50,944 bases of DNA from Patellaria atrata CBS 101060 (taxonomy: Eukaryota). Numbering within the stretch: the first letter of the stretch is position 1; each line of letters begins with the position of its first letter. The position numbers were made by a program, and so were the translations under genes. Positions 25,356 to 38,860 of this stretch are shown here, piece after piece. Below the pieces are notes generated by a model. It saw nothing but the letters and a program-made list of their open reading frames with translations, did not search any database and was not told where the DNA came from. The stretch lies in NCBI GenBank assembly GCA_010093705.1, contig MU006092.1, positions 1,640,111 to 1,691,054 of the forward strand. The letters are read 5' to 3'.

Positions 25356-28300
25356 ATGTCTCTCGTCTCGCAAGCGGCAGAGCTCAAGCAACAGGGCGCG
25401 CTCGAGGCAGCGAGGAACCCAAATAGCAGCGTTACGGCCGCTGATGCAGAGCAAATCGTCCTAAATGAGACGAAGAAAGCTGGGGGAATGGCCATTGCAT
25501 TTGACCCGAATGCTACACCTGCAGAGAAAGCGGCTCAAGCCAGATCAGTAGGTAGTATAGTGTGAATCAAGTGTCGATTGTGCGCTGAGACTTCAATGCT
25601 AGCATATCCCCGCTGGGTTTCATCACGAGCGTAAACCCAAAGCTGCCGCTCTAGCTTCAGATGCCGTACGTGCAACCCCATATAACAACTCGTAAAAACC
25701 ATGTACTAATAATTTACTTAGGACTCCAGCTCCGCCCCTAAATATGACCTCCCTCCACCGACGAAGGCAGGCGCTATAGCCCCTCCCACCCCTACCACCG
25801 ATAAAGCGAATGGAGTACCAAAAGATGAGGAGGAACGGTGGGCTAGAGTTGGCTGGGAGCCCCGTTTCGGTATGCCTGGTTCCGGCGAAGAAGATGAGGG
25901 GACACTACTCGACCACGAAACATTTCTTGAAGGCAAGTTGGACGACAAATTCTTCGGGGGTGAGTATGGTTGATTGGCCAATTGGATTGGATGATAGCTG
26001 ATGATTTTCATAGATTGGTATCATAACACTGGTGTCATCATATTCGCATGTCTCTCCTCCTGGTTGGTAGCAGTTCTTGGTGGTGGTTTAGGATGGATTT
26101 TCATCATCATGACATTCTGTGGGACGTACTATCGGACCTCGATTCGACGTGTCCGCCGCAATTATAGGGACGATATTTCTCGGGAGCTTGCTAAAAATAG
26201 GCTGGAAACAGACAACGAGAGCCTGGAATGGATCAATAGTTTTCTTGTTAAGTTTTGGCCCATATACGCCCCCGTTCTCTGCGAGACAATTGTTAACTCG
26301 GTAGACCAAGTCCTATCGACGTCAACACCGGCTTTCCTCGATAGTTTGAGGATGAAACTATTCACTTTAGGCACAAAGCCACCAAGGTTGGAGCATGTCA
26401 AGACGTACCCGAAAGCACAGGACGACATTGTTCTCATGGATTGGAAGTTCAGTTTCGCACCTAACGATACTTCGGATCTTACCTCCAAGCAGATCAAGAA
26501 TAAACAGAATCCGAAAATTGTACTTGAAGTTCGTGTTGGGAAGGGCATGATCAGTAAAGGCTTAGACGTCATTGTCGAGGACATGGCATTTTCGGGTCTC
26601 ATGCGAGTTAAAGTAAAACTTCAAATTCCATTTCCACATATCGAAAAGGTCGAAATTTGCTTCCTCGGTAGACCTACCATTGACTACTCCTGTAAACCTC
26701 TAGGTGGAGACAACTTCGGATTTGACATCAATTTCATTCCAGGCCTCGAGAGTTTCATCATGGAGCAAGTACATGCCAACCTTGGTCCAATGATGTACGA
26801 ACCTAATGTCTTCCCAATTGAGATCGCGAAGATGCTTGCTGGTAATCCCATTGATCAGGCCATTGGCGTGATTCAGGTCACCTTCCATGGAGCTCAAGGC
26901 TTGAAAAACCCCGATAAATTCTCGGGAACTCCTGATCCGTACGCAGTTGTCACGATCAATGGCAGACAAGAATTGGGAAGGACCAAAACAGTACATGAAA
27001 ATGCAAATCCTCGATGGAACGAGACCATCAATATCATTGTTTCCTCCCTCAAGGACTCTCTGGACATTCAAGTGTTTGATTACAATGAGATCCGAAAGGA
27101 TAAAGAGCTGGGTGTCGCCCATTTTGCGCTCGAACAACTCGAAACTGACCAGGAGCATGAAAATGCTCAACTCGAAGTGATCGCAAATGGGAGACCTCGG
27201 GGCATCGTGCAAGCGGATATTCGCTTCTTCCCTGTTTTGGAGGGCTCGAAGTTGGAAGACGGTACTGTTGAGCCCCCGCCGGAGTCCTTGAGCGGTATTG
27301 CGAAATTCACCGTTGAGTCAGCAAAGGAACTTGATTCTAGCAAGAGCATGATCGGTCAGCTCAATCCTTATGCTGTTTTACTGCTCAACGGTAAAGAAGT
27401 ACACATTTCCAAGAAACTGAAGAGGACGAACAATCCAATATTCCCAGATGCTACTAAGGAACTGCTGATCACGGAAAGAAAGAAAGCCAAATTGGGTTTA
27501 GTCATCAAAGATGATCGAGACTTAGCCCAGGATCCCATCCTGGGCACCTATCAAATCAAGCTCGACGACATGCTCGAGATGATGGCCAAGGGCCAGGAGT
27601 GGTATCAACTCGCTCAAACCAAGAGTGGACGCGCAAAGATGACTGTACAGTGGAAACCAGTTGCCCTCAAAGGATCCCTCGGTGGTTCTGGTGGATACGT
27701 CACCCCCATTGGCGTCATTCGTATACATTTTCAGAGCGCTAGAGAACTACGGAACCTTGAGACCGTTGGAAAATCTGATCCGTATGGCCGTGTTCTTCTA
27801 TCTGGCATTGAAAAGGGGAGAACAGTCACATTCAAGAATAACCTTAACCCTGACTGGGATGAAGTGATCTATGTCCCGATACACTCCACCCGAGAGAAAC
27901 TCACCCTAGAGGTTATGGACTCTGAGAACCTGGGCAAAGATCGCTCTCTAGGTCACATTGAACTACCCGTAGCGGATTTGGTCAAACAGGGCGCAAATGG
28001 CGAATATTTGGTGAATGAACAGAAGACTACCCGCTCTGAAGGTCTCAGGTTAAACACACGAAGTTCGGCAAAGGGCACGCTCAACTACACTTGCTCTTTC
28101 TATCCTACGCTAAATGTTGTTGACCCAGAGGAAGAGAAGGAGGAGGAATCCGATATTAGGACGGGCTTAGATGGAGCAGCAGATGGCTCAAGAAGGAGTG
28201 TGGAATCGAATAGACGAAGCCTCGACAACGAGACATTGAGACGAAGCGGTACCATTAGTTCACTGCGGACAACTGGCACGAGCTCTTCTAGCGATCTTGC

Positions 28301-30135
28301 TAAGCAACTTACTGTTGGTGAGAAGGACCAGGAAGAGGTTCCAGCGGTCAAGGAAGTTCCTAAGATTAAGCTGTCCGTTGACGACCTCGCCGAGTATGGT
28401 AAGTATAAGAACAATGCAACAAATATGTGCAGTACTAACCGTCTGCGTAGAATCTGGCCTCATAATTTTCAAACTCATTGACGGTGAACTGTCGAAGACA
28501 AATTGCCACCTTGAAGTTGTTATGGATGATATGGCTTTTGCTTCTTACACCTCGGCAAAGATCAAGAAAAAGACTTGTGCTTTTAATGAAAGTAAGTTAC
28601 GCTTTGCGTCATAGCTGATACCCTTTACTGACTTCGACTTAAGCTGGTGATGCAATGGTTCGCGAACTAGACTTCTCCAAGATCACACTTCGACTAGTCG
28701 AAGAGATTGATGACAAAGGTGATGGAGAACAGGATCATGTGATCGCTAAGGTTACTGGACAGACGCTGGATACTCTTAGGCTAGCTCTGGTACGTGGTGT
28801 TCATGTCGTTGATTGTGTGTGTGGAAGCAACTGACGCGTCGACAGTACAAACCTACTCAATTAGTCCTGAGAGACAATGAGGGCCGGGAAAGCAAGGTTA
28901 CTGTCTCGCTCAAATATCTTCCAGTAAAGATGCGCTTAGATCCTTCTGAATCTTTCAACAACAGCGGCACGCTCCGTGTTGAAATTTTGGACGCAGCCGA
29001 TCTTCCCGCTGCTGACCGTAACGGGTATAGTGATCCGTACTGTAAATTTATCCTTAATGGAAAGGAAGTTCACAAGACAGCAACGCAAAAGAAGACGTTG
29101 CACCCAGCCTGGAACGAGTTCTTCGAGGTGCAGGTCAGGAGTAGGACAGCCGCACAATTTGAAGTCAAGGTTTACGACTGGGATTTTGGAGACAAAGCCG
29201 ACTTCCTTGGTCGCGCCGCTATAAATCTTGACATTCTGGAGCCATTCCAGCAGCAAGAAGTTACGCTCGGTCTCGACGGCAAGAGTGGGACAATTAGATT
29301 GAAGATGCTTTTCAAACCTGACTATGTCACACGTGTGAGACAGGGCTCGTCAACCTTCCACGGAACATTTGCTACTCCTGGCAAGGTAATCGGAGCGCCC
29401 GTTAAGGGTGTCGGCAAAGGTGCTGTATTTGTAGGCGGTAATGTTGTCAAAGGGGCAAGCTTTCTAGGCCGTGGGTTTAAACGTAGTAACAAGAGCAAGG
29501 GCAATCCTGAGGACTTTGAAGACGAGAAATCAACGAATGGAAATCTAACTCCTCCGAGGAGCTCTGCTGGAGACGGCGCTCCCGTATCGACTCCCTCGCC
29601 GCATATTCGTCACAGGAGTTTCGGACAACAGAGCATTGTTAGCCAACCCGGAGGCGCTCCCGGCGCAGAAACCGGTACCGCATCGTTCACGGTTATTTCT
29701 GCCTCTGACTTCCCAGCGGACACAAACTTACGGATACATATTAGGAAAGCAGACGGTAAGGAGATCCTCAAGTCGAAAGCAACCAAGGCCACGGAAGGTA
29801 GTGCGATTTTCTCAGCAGATAGTTCTGATAACACTACGAGGATTCACTGCAGCGCAGACGCCCAGTTCAAAATTATCGTAAAAGATCACGCTACGTTTGG
29901 TAGCGATGAAGAACTCGGGGAAGCCATCTTCTTCATAGGCGACCAAGGGTCTGCCCAAGGAGCAGACAAGACTGTAATCGTTGGGCCGGGCAAGGTGGTC
30001 CTAAGGACCGGCTGGGTCAGCGACGAGCGGGGGAGCGTGAGCCCCGTGAGTACGAAGGGATTGAGACGGGGTGTCTTTGGCGCTAAGAGAGAAAGCAGGG
30101 TTGATAGGGAGAGGAGCGCTACTCCTGGTGCATAG
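25356..30135 (+). CDS. Tricalbin (SMP + multiple C2 domains; ER-plasma membrane tether); exons 25356-25547, 25603-25665, 25722-25959, 26014-28398, 28451-28591, 28644-28789, 28846-30135
   Basis: Membrane hairpin followed by SMP domain (ESLEWINSFLVKFWP, FTLGTKPPR) and repeated C2 motifs (GTPDPY, LNPY, GKSDPY, GYSDPY); six canonical introns. Confidence 0.94.
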
Positions 30136-30522
30136 ATGAGTTCGGCTAGGGTATGATATCTTCAAGACAGAAAGCCAGGCTAGGATGTGTATAACGAGGT
30201 CATGGGACTCGACTTTCGGTGGATGGCTATACTGTTAGGGCAGCAGTATGGAACAGATGAAAATGGGGTGGGGTGGTTAGCTGTTGATTTTGGGTTCCTT
30301 TCTACACGACATACCTCCTTGCTCTTCTTTGTGTATTTGCCGTGTGTATATATACTTCCTCTAAGGGGAAGTCTTTTTGCTGCTTTTTGAGCGACAATGG
30401 CGGTTCAGGTTTGGAAGGTAGTAATTAATAATAGCATGACATGACATCTTCATCTATTCCGATCAATATTTTACTCTTTTGTTCTATATGTAAAAATTTG
30501 TGATGAAAAGAAAAGGACAAAG

Positions 30523-31031
30523 TGTTACAACGGGAGTCTATACTTATCGAGACAGAACAGGATAAGTCTAGAAACGCGCCTGGCTTCTCACTTAACGTAG
30601 TCAACCACTAGGGTAGGTTTAGCAAAGTGATAGGATACGTATAACAAAGGCACTTCAAGTTGACAGTACAACTTGCTGACTCCTTGACTTCTTGGTGATG
30701 CTCACAATAAGACAAGACGGGCTGTATGGAAACAGCGCAACAAGAGAAGTCAAGTTCAAAACCGTAACATCCAAATCTATGGGTAAGATTGATGGTAAGA
30801 ACAACTACGAAGAATCTAAATACATGCGTAAGGGAGCGTCCTTGAATATTCCTATTCTTCCTAGTTCAATTTAGTGGTCGTTTGGTCGTCTGGTCGTTTC
30901 CTACGACCGAACGTCCAACCGTCCAAGTCACGTGACCCCGACTGTCAGTGTCATCCGCAGTTTCCCCGAGTGGTCTCTCTCTCTTCCCCTCTCTAGTCAA
31001 CTGCGTGTCCTTACAACTTGTGGTCGTGACA
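30523..31031. mobile_element. Solo LTR, family A
   Basis: TGTTAC...GTGACA termini; first ~355 bp highly similar to 47026-47380, and first 94 bp to 48025-48118; flanks (CAAAG/TAATT) do not form a TSD. Confidence 0.85.
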
Positions 31032-31450
31032 TAATTATAATAACTAAAATCTTATTAAAAATAACTAAAACATTATATCAAATAAATAATAAAATCAAGG
31101 CAAAATATTTTTCAATTAAGATTATACTTCTTTTTTAGGGTTATAACTTTTGTACGTCCGGCTACCTGTTTCGCACCCCCACTCTATGGTTCACGGTGTT
31201 TTTCTGGCGAACTAAAACAGATCGAGCGTGAGCTGATCATGTCAAGCCGTCAAGCGACCTCAAACCCCTTCCCTTTGTCCTTCCTGCTGCGACCATATCA
31301 TCAACCTGACTTCTGTACGGCGCATCTCATGGTGTAGACAGTTTACCTTGTTTCACCTGACGGCTGTTTGATTCCTATCTTGCCGTGACCTAGGACTATC
31401 GCATACCTGAGCCGCGCTTCAAACAGCGCCGGCTGCGCATTTCCGCCACC

Positions 31451-33376
31451 ATGGCAGGAAACGATCCAGAGCCTTTACTGTCGCAACGACCTTCCAGCGA
31501 ACTGTCGAACGATCGTGACGTGGCGGAAGAAGACGCTCTGCTCACCGGGCAGAGAACTAGAAAGAAGGCGATGGGGAAGAGAGGATTGGGCTTTTGGAGA
31601 GAAGTCGGGCTCGTTGCGTGGGCTGTGCTGGCGACGGCCGCTGTAGTTATTCTTGCAGTGTTATATGAAAACGGCAAGGGCGAAAATGACCATGGCAAAA
31701 ATCCCAAACCGAAAGGAAAGAGAAACCTTATCTTCATGGTCTCGGATGGGATGGGACCCACCAGTCTAAGTCTTACGAGGAGTTTCCGTCAGTTCTCTGT
31801 AGGCCTTCCCTGGAGCGACACCTTGGTCATCGATAAGCACCTGATCGGTCAGTCAAGGACGCGGAGTACTAATTCTCTGGTGACTGATTCCGCCGCTGGT
31901 GCAACGGCGTTCTCATGCGGGTTGAAGAGTTATAATGGAGCTATATCGGTGCTACCTAGCCACAAACCGTGCGGGACGGTACTGGAGGCTGCGAAGAAGG
32001 CGGGGTATATGACCGGTTTGGTCGTTACGACGAGGATCACGGATGCGACGCCTGCTTGCTTTGCGGCGCATGTCAATACCCGGGCCGAAGAGGATCGTAT
32101 TGCGGAGCAGATGGTTGGGGACTATCCTCTGGGTAGGGTAGTGGATTTGATGATGGGTGGTGGAAGATGTCATTTCTTGCCCAACTCGACAGAGGGATCT
32201 TGCCGTAACGACGACCGGGATATCGTGGCGTCGGCAAAAGATAAGGGCTTTACCTACGTTGAAGATAGGGCTGGCTTTGATGGGTTGAAAGTTGGTGCTG
32301 CCGTGAACCTTCCTTTACTGGGACTGTTTGCACCGACGGACATACCGTACGAGGTCGACCGCCGCAATGAGGATGACATTTACCCCTCCTTGGACGAGAT
32401 GGCGCGCACAGCTATGAAGGCCCTCAGTGAGGCAACTAGGGGGAGTGATAAAGGCTTTTTCCTCATGATTGAGGGTAGTCGTATCGACCATGCCGGCCAT
32501 GCCAACGACCCTGTCGCGCAGGTCCATGAGGTTTTGGCTTACGACAAGGCCTTTGCGTCTGTTCTGCAGTTTTTGGATAATGATAGCACGCCAGGGGTCA
32601 TGGTCAGCACGAGTGATCATGAGACTGGAGGTTTGGCCACCGCACGTCGTAAGTTTAAAATCAGGCCCTTTCCATTCTTGATCCACTTCTAAATATATTG
32701 TATTCCAATTCTCATCTCTCAATTTACGCCATGACATGGATTAGAACAAACATAAGGCTGACTAGATCTCTTCATAGAACTCCATGAATCCTACCCGGAC
32801 TACCTCTGGTACCCTTCAGTCCTCGCTAATGCTTCCGCTTCTGCAGAACGCCTCGCGCACAACTACCACGAGAATCTGAGCGCTTCCCCTAAGCCCACCA
32901 AGAAGGAAAAGGAAACCTACCTCAGCGATGTACTTGAAACCCACCTTGGCATCAAAGATGTACTCGATACTGAGATTGCCCTTCTGATTGACAGACCTGA
33001 AATCGCAGCCTACACTTTCGCGGACATCGTGTCTCGCCGGGCGCAGACGGGGTGGAGCACCCACGGCCATTCGGCCGCGGATGTCAACATCTTTTCCAGC
33101 GATCGGGACGTCGCAAGGCAGCTACAAGGCAACCACGAGAACACCGAGGTCGGTGTGTTTCTAAGGGAATACCTTGACGTAGATGTTGAAGCTGTGACGA
33201 GGGAATTGAGACAGAAGGGCACGGGTGTAGCTTCAGCGGCGGGCGAGGAGCAGGAGATGTATGAATGGATAGGTCCGATCCCGGACGATGGGGAGAGATT
33301 GGACGGGCAGGATCATATGGATCATTACCAAGGCGACCAGAAGAAGTACAAGAGATGTGGGATTTGCGGGCATTGA
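31451..33376 (+). CDS. PHO8: Repressible vacuolar alkaline phosphatase; exons 31451-32648, 32778-33376
   Basis: Type II TM segment; IFMVSDGMG, VTDSAAGATA (phosphoseryl site), DATPA, IEGSRIDHAGH, TSDHETGG, GWSTHGHSAADV. Confidence 0.94.
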
Positions 33377-34494
33377 GAGGGAGAGAAAACTATAGGTAAT
33401 AGCACTCGCTCTAGAAGTCAAGCAAGAAAGGTGGAATGTAAAAAGGTTTTGTTATTTTTTGGGTCTAAGGAGTATCGGCATTTTGCGGTTCGGGATATCG
33501 ACTTGTAATTGTAGACGCTTTGAGTACATAATTGATTCTTAATCTATTGCGATGCTTTATATTCCGCGCCGTTATCATCGGATATCTCATGATCTTCAAA
33601 ACAACCTCCCAAGATGAAGCCTGTGGGTAAGATACGCCTTAAAGTAGGCACCACTATTTGCCACAACTCTTTCTCCACCTCATCCTTTAGATATATTCGA
33701 TCCTGAAAAGTCACGGGGACCCGAATACATTCGATGGGGCTCTCATTGCTTTCTTGACCGGCATTTTTCGATCGCTTTTCACTGCACCGTGAATTTGGCA
33801 GCTCTACAGGGGCTCGGAAGTACGGTACAACCGAATTACCTCCGATGCGGATCGTCCCTTTTTTTTTTTGGGGGGGGGGGGGGGTGATGTGTCTTATCTG
33901 CGTATTTCAAAGGACGCCGTATACCGATAAATATAGCTTATCGGCGTGAGACAGACGTTTATAGCTCTTGTGCATATCGCTTAACGGATGCGTATAATAG
34001 CCTGCGTCATCGAGTGCCACTTCCAACCCTGAGCTAATTGTTTGACGTGAGAGCTTGGTTCGTTAGCTGTAAATTGAGTAACCGTCCTGTGATGGCTGGA
34101 ATATGTTAGTCTGCTGCAGTACTGTAGGTAAATGGTCAGATGCTTCAGTAAGTACGTTGCAAAGGCAGAGACAATGATCTGAAGGCTTGGGTCGCCATTA
34201 CTTGCCGTGATATGCATGCGGACGTGCTACCCAGACAGTTTTCTTGTATTTACATATTGAGTCTTACGAATACTCATTACAGTTATGGCCGGAACCATAA
34301 AGACAGGCATGGGATAGATCCGATTGAGGGGTATGTTCAATGAAATTATCTTCATAGTTACACTCCAACTCTCGCACGCGGATTTATGATTCATATTAGT
34401 GCGATTTGGAAAGCACGAGGGCGTAGGGTGCAAGCTCCCAAGAGTTGGAGTGTGAGGACTGGGTGACGGACTGGAGGAGATAAGAATCGGAACC

Positions 34495-35287
34495 TTTTTT
34501 TTTTTTTAATTCCATTGTATTGTATTACCTACAATACTGCGCATGCAGCCTTCAAGCTATGGCGCAACTCCCTATATACATAAATCCCTTTTCAGGGCCC
34601 TCATATGCTTAGTAAAGTCTTTAGTGGCTTAACCCACTGATATTTTATTTGTAAAGGAAAGTCCGGAAAGTTTCAACTCTAAGGAAATTGTTGAAAAACC
34701 ATCCCTTCTTCCTCTTTATCATCTGTTTTTTATTCCCAGTTTTATGCCATACATCGTGTTATCTTCTGTAGACTCTATACTTCCACTCTATCTACATCTC
34801 CTGCGTGCATCAACCATCTAGCAGTAGAGATTTGAGTTCTTGCTATATATTTAAATAACACCTGTTTGCCTAACTTTGTGCAAAAAAGCTTTGCCATTGT
34901 TAGCTTTGATCTCAGTTGTTTCCTCATTTCCTTACGCTCTTTTGAGTAGTTTGCACAATGTAAGATAAGGTGTGTTGGTGTTTGAAGTGATTGACAGTCT
35001 CCGAAGCACTTCCCTTCTTCATCTTTCCCAATTGCCTTAGAATAAGACTTGAAGAATCCAATACCAGTCTTAAGTTGAAAATAGGCTGCTTGGATCCTTC
35101 TCTGGACATTAGATTTGGGTATACTAAGTGAGAAGCGCACATGATCTCTGCAAATGCGTGTATAATGTTTGCCTTGTCTCTTGCTATTAGCCTGCCAGTA
35201 TTCTTTCCAATTAGATAAGATCTTTTCCTTGCATTTTCGTTTAATATAACTGAGTGACGTGAATGAAGTGTTTATAGGCTTGTGGTC
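34495..35287 (-). mobile_element. 5'-truncated non-LTR retrotransposon (LINE, Tad1-like) with poly(A) tail and TSD
   Basis: A13 tail on minus strand (34495-34507); 11-bp direct repeat GAATCGGAACC at 34484-34494 and 35288-35298; frame open 35287-34775 encoding an ORF2 C-terminus (QLKTGIG, C-x3-C...QTPTHLILHC zinc knuckle). Confidence 0.9.
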
Positions 35288-36745
35288 GAATCGGAACCTG
35301 AACTATGAGGGAGAGCGGGTAGAGAGCTTAGAAAAGAAAAAGCAAGCAAAAGAACGAGGTAATTGAGAGGTTTGATTAATAGTCACTACTATCGAAACTA
35401 TTGTATATGGAAATGCCCCCTTACCCGCTCTAATAATCCTATTTTGGAGACTCTTCGGCAGGTATAATTCCGAGAGGCAATAGTGCTAATCTTCATAGCT
35501 CCTTTGAGCACTTCACCAGGCACCTTTCTTGTGGGATAACGGTCCGGATAATGTCAATCTAAGATTGCGGCACACTGTCGAGGCCAAGAATTTGGAGTAG
35601 AGGGAAATGCGCACATGGCTAGTTCTTGGTGTCTCCTAGGGACGTGTCCCCTTTGTTTGTTTAGCCAGGTTGGTGACCTAGTTCCACCCCGATATACAAG
35701 GCGCAAAAGTTAAAAGTCCTTCAAAAAGCGAGAAGAGTAAGAATAGATGCTTCCGATTCTTGTGGTACGACGCAATATCCTTTATGTCGGCCTATCAGCA
35801 GGCTAGGAAGATATCCGATGTATCTGAACGAGCTGTTGAACAGGTAATACTCGATCATGCAGTGTAGAAAATTCCCGCGCGAGAAGACTTCTGCTTTATT
35901 CCTCGAATAAGTCCAAATCTACCGGACGATAATCAAACGCTGCCAGGAATAACTTTAGGCGTAGAAGTATCACCGACTGGATCGAGGGGGGTTGGCGAAC
36001 GCTAACACGGAACCTTGAACAATCACATCGGAATTGGGGCCAAATCTGAAGAGAACTACTTCTATGCATTGAAGTAAAAGATCCGTTGACCCTATGGAAA
36101 TGATTCAACTCGAGTGGATTGTAGACGGAGATGAATTTTTGGCCCAAAGGAGTTTCAAGGCCCGTAGAATTGCCGCCTACTTGGTGAGGTCTTTTTAGGG
36201 TTGACGCGCTACTGAATACTACTGTAACTTTAGCTTCGCTGTTGGCCTGATGTCATCCCCACCTTCTCTTGCTTTCACTTACTCCCGTACGGGAATGATT
36301 ATCTCTTAGCATCTTTGCATCATAGTATCATCTTGTACGACTATCCGTGGTTTCGATCTTGCCTCAATTGTGGCTTTTATACTATCTATAAAGTATAATT
36401 ACCAGGACAAAGTAGCATGCGTGGGTCCCATGTTACAGTAAATCGAAGTTAATCACAACGGCCAACCTTTTCAAAGGATAGAACATCTGCCTTCTGATGG
36501 GTCGAGATATAGGCTTCTCGGCTTGAACTAGAGAAAAGATTCTCGAATAAATTGAGTGCAAGCTTGCAATTCAGATCTAAAAATATAGGTTCCTACTACG
36601 TAACCCGCTCCTTCGAGTTTGTTCTCCAAAACCCCGTCACAACTGTCGAACGAGTCAAGAGACGGTCTTTAAATCATCGACGTGTGTATAAAATGCAGAA
36701 TCTACTGTAGGATCACAGTTAAATCAGCTACTGAGACATCTTTTC

Positions 36746-37923
36746 CTACTCCTCCAGGTTTCCAGGTAGCTTTGGTAACCCTACGACGATGATTAGCCAT
36801 GAAACATGATATGGTAAGAGAAGGTATGTGACTTACAGCTATCAAAATCCTCACCGACCATATCGGGAACTGTACACTTGTTCTGTTCAGCAATACTCTG
36901 CGTCTTGAGCATCGGAGCGGAAACGTAGGTATGAGCATCCATAGCCTTCTGGAGAGAATCATCCTTCCAGCCGAAAAGATAATCAGCGTGGGTAGAATAG
37001 CCAGTCTTATCACCACTAGACCAGACAAATGGTTGACTGCCATCCTCAGGCCAATCCGCCTTATTGTTGAAGGCCTTAGTATCCCAGACGGTCTCAAGCA
37101 GGAGTTGAGGGAGTCTGACCGGATGCGTAGAAGGGCAAGGGCCACCAGACTCAAAGGTACCGGACTCCGGATACGCAACATGATCTCGGTGGTTTGGAGA
37201 ATCAAGGTTCACGCCATCCCAGCAAGTCGGGAACCGATGGTTGGCCATAATACCAGCGGGACAAGGCTTCGTGGGGAAGTTTAAGGTCTCTGGTTCACGG
37301 GTACTTTCGTCTTGCATACAGATGAAGGTCAATTGTCGAAAATCTCTAGCCTGTTCACGATCCCGGTAATTTACGTCGCCGACAAGCATACGAAATCCTG
37401 GCTTGAATGCAGTTACACTTGACTTTTGCGCGGTATCAAAGAGAGCATCAGTCATATAATAGACGACCTTAAAAGCAAGTCAGACAACCTCCATTGCAGC
37501 GAGTATGCTAATATTCTGCTCATACATACCATTCCACCCTGAGTACCTTCCATACCTGCTTGAGCTCTTTGCGGGACCCTCTTGTAAGTTCCATTCTTAG
37601 CACGGAAGTACAAAACGGCGGTCCAGTAATTAGAGAAATCTTCAGTAAATTGGCAACTGGTGCAACTAGAGAGCCCAACGAGATCATGTGTCTTAGGGTC
37701 CATTGACACATTGAAGGAGTCCTACGAGTTATTAGCTGCAAGCTTCGTTTAGGTCTAGAAAACATACGCCTCCAATTATCTGATGAAGATGAGGTGAGGG
37801 ATTCGACCCAGGGTTGACCAAGGGGTCCAGTCGCTGGACGGTTAGACGGGCGCAACCGAATCGAAGTAATGCGCTGGTAGGCGCAAAAAGCCCCAACGTA
37901 GCGACGATTGCGTTCCACTTCAT
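36746..37923 (-). CDS. Secreted DUF1996 domain protein; exons 37923-37768, 37721-37530, 37467-36837, 36780-36746
   Basis: Signal peptide; RLDPLVNPG..PSPHLHQIIGG, CTSC.F.EDFSNYWT, GFRMLVGD, FPTCWDGVNLDSPNH, CPSTHPV, HADYLFGW; three canonical introns. Confidence 0.9.
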
Positions 37924-38520
37924 CTCGATTGCAAATTATTGATGTGAGGATGACGGTAATGGTAGCGGAAGATTGAAAGGGGGGAGATCAGGACTAGTTA
38001 TGAGCTCAAGTTGTGTGGTTCATTTGCTGTGAGAGCAACTGCCGTTTATTCCAAGCACTGATAACGAAGTCAAGAGAAACTTTACTCTCAAGAGATGTCA
38101 ATCATTTAATGTAGCAGCATACCTTGTCCGCCGCGTGGGTTACCTTTGATTATGCTCGATATAAACGATTCCTGTACGTCTGTAGCATTTGGTGTATTGG
38201 AGACCTTTTTTACTGGCTCCTACACTAGCTATTTGACAGGGAAATGTCATTCCTGGTAAATCGATTTATACTCTGAATTGTCGTTTAATTTAGGAAGCAT
38301 GTTTTTGATTAAAACCACGTTCATGACCAATATCTGATCGGAGCGAAAGTCTATTCTATCATCAATGAAACAAATTAGTGTTTTCGACTTGAAATTGACT
38401 GAGTTACAGCTGACATACCTATATAATGTCAGTCTGAACCAGTTGGTTAGAGCTTTTAAACCTAAGTTTCTTCAACGCCTGAAACCGATCCGGGGAATCA
38501 CGTCCGCCTGCTCCTGCACG

Positions 38521-38860
38521 ATGAAGCTTTCGATCGCACTCGTTACTCTCTGGCTATCGATGGCTTTTGGCCAACAAGCGGCCGAATGCACCAAGGAACT
38601 CATAAGAACCGACGACTGTGCGGAGGTCATCAATGCTAACGCCTGTTACAACAAAATGCGGTGGAGAAACCGTACGCCGCTACAGTGCATCGATGGAGAG
38701 GATGATGCAGATAAAGCAAGAAAGGTACACGAATAACGCGTAACTCAGGGAGAAAGATCAGATCAACTAATTCGATTTGTAGGCATGCAAATGCTGCAGC
38801 TGTGTCGGCACTGTAATGTGCAACTGGGCTAGTACAAATCGCCTCTGTACCGCTTCGTAG
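38521..38860 (+). CDS. Small secreted cysteine-rich protein, 93 aa, 10 Cys; exons 38521-38724, 38783-38860
   Basis: MKLSIALVTLWLSMAFG signal peptide; intron GTACAC...CTAAT...TAG; exon 2 ACKCCSCVGTVMCNWASTNRLCTAS*. Confidence 0.82.

Noticed and set aside
30692..30874. Short ORFs at 30692 and 47200 with similar translations
   Set aside because: Chance frames within copies of the family A LTR.
33858..33884. T-run/G-run homopolymer junction, and G-rich tract at 6516-6540
   Set aside because: Simple low-complexity sequence; no supportable function.
35460..36300. Possible coding remnant (ORF 35896-36147 minus)
   Set aside because: No recognisable motifs and multiple stops in flanking frames.
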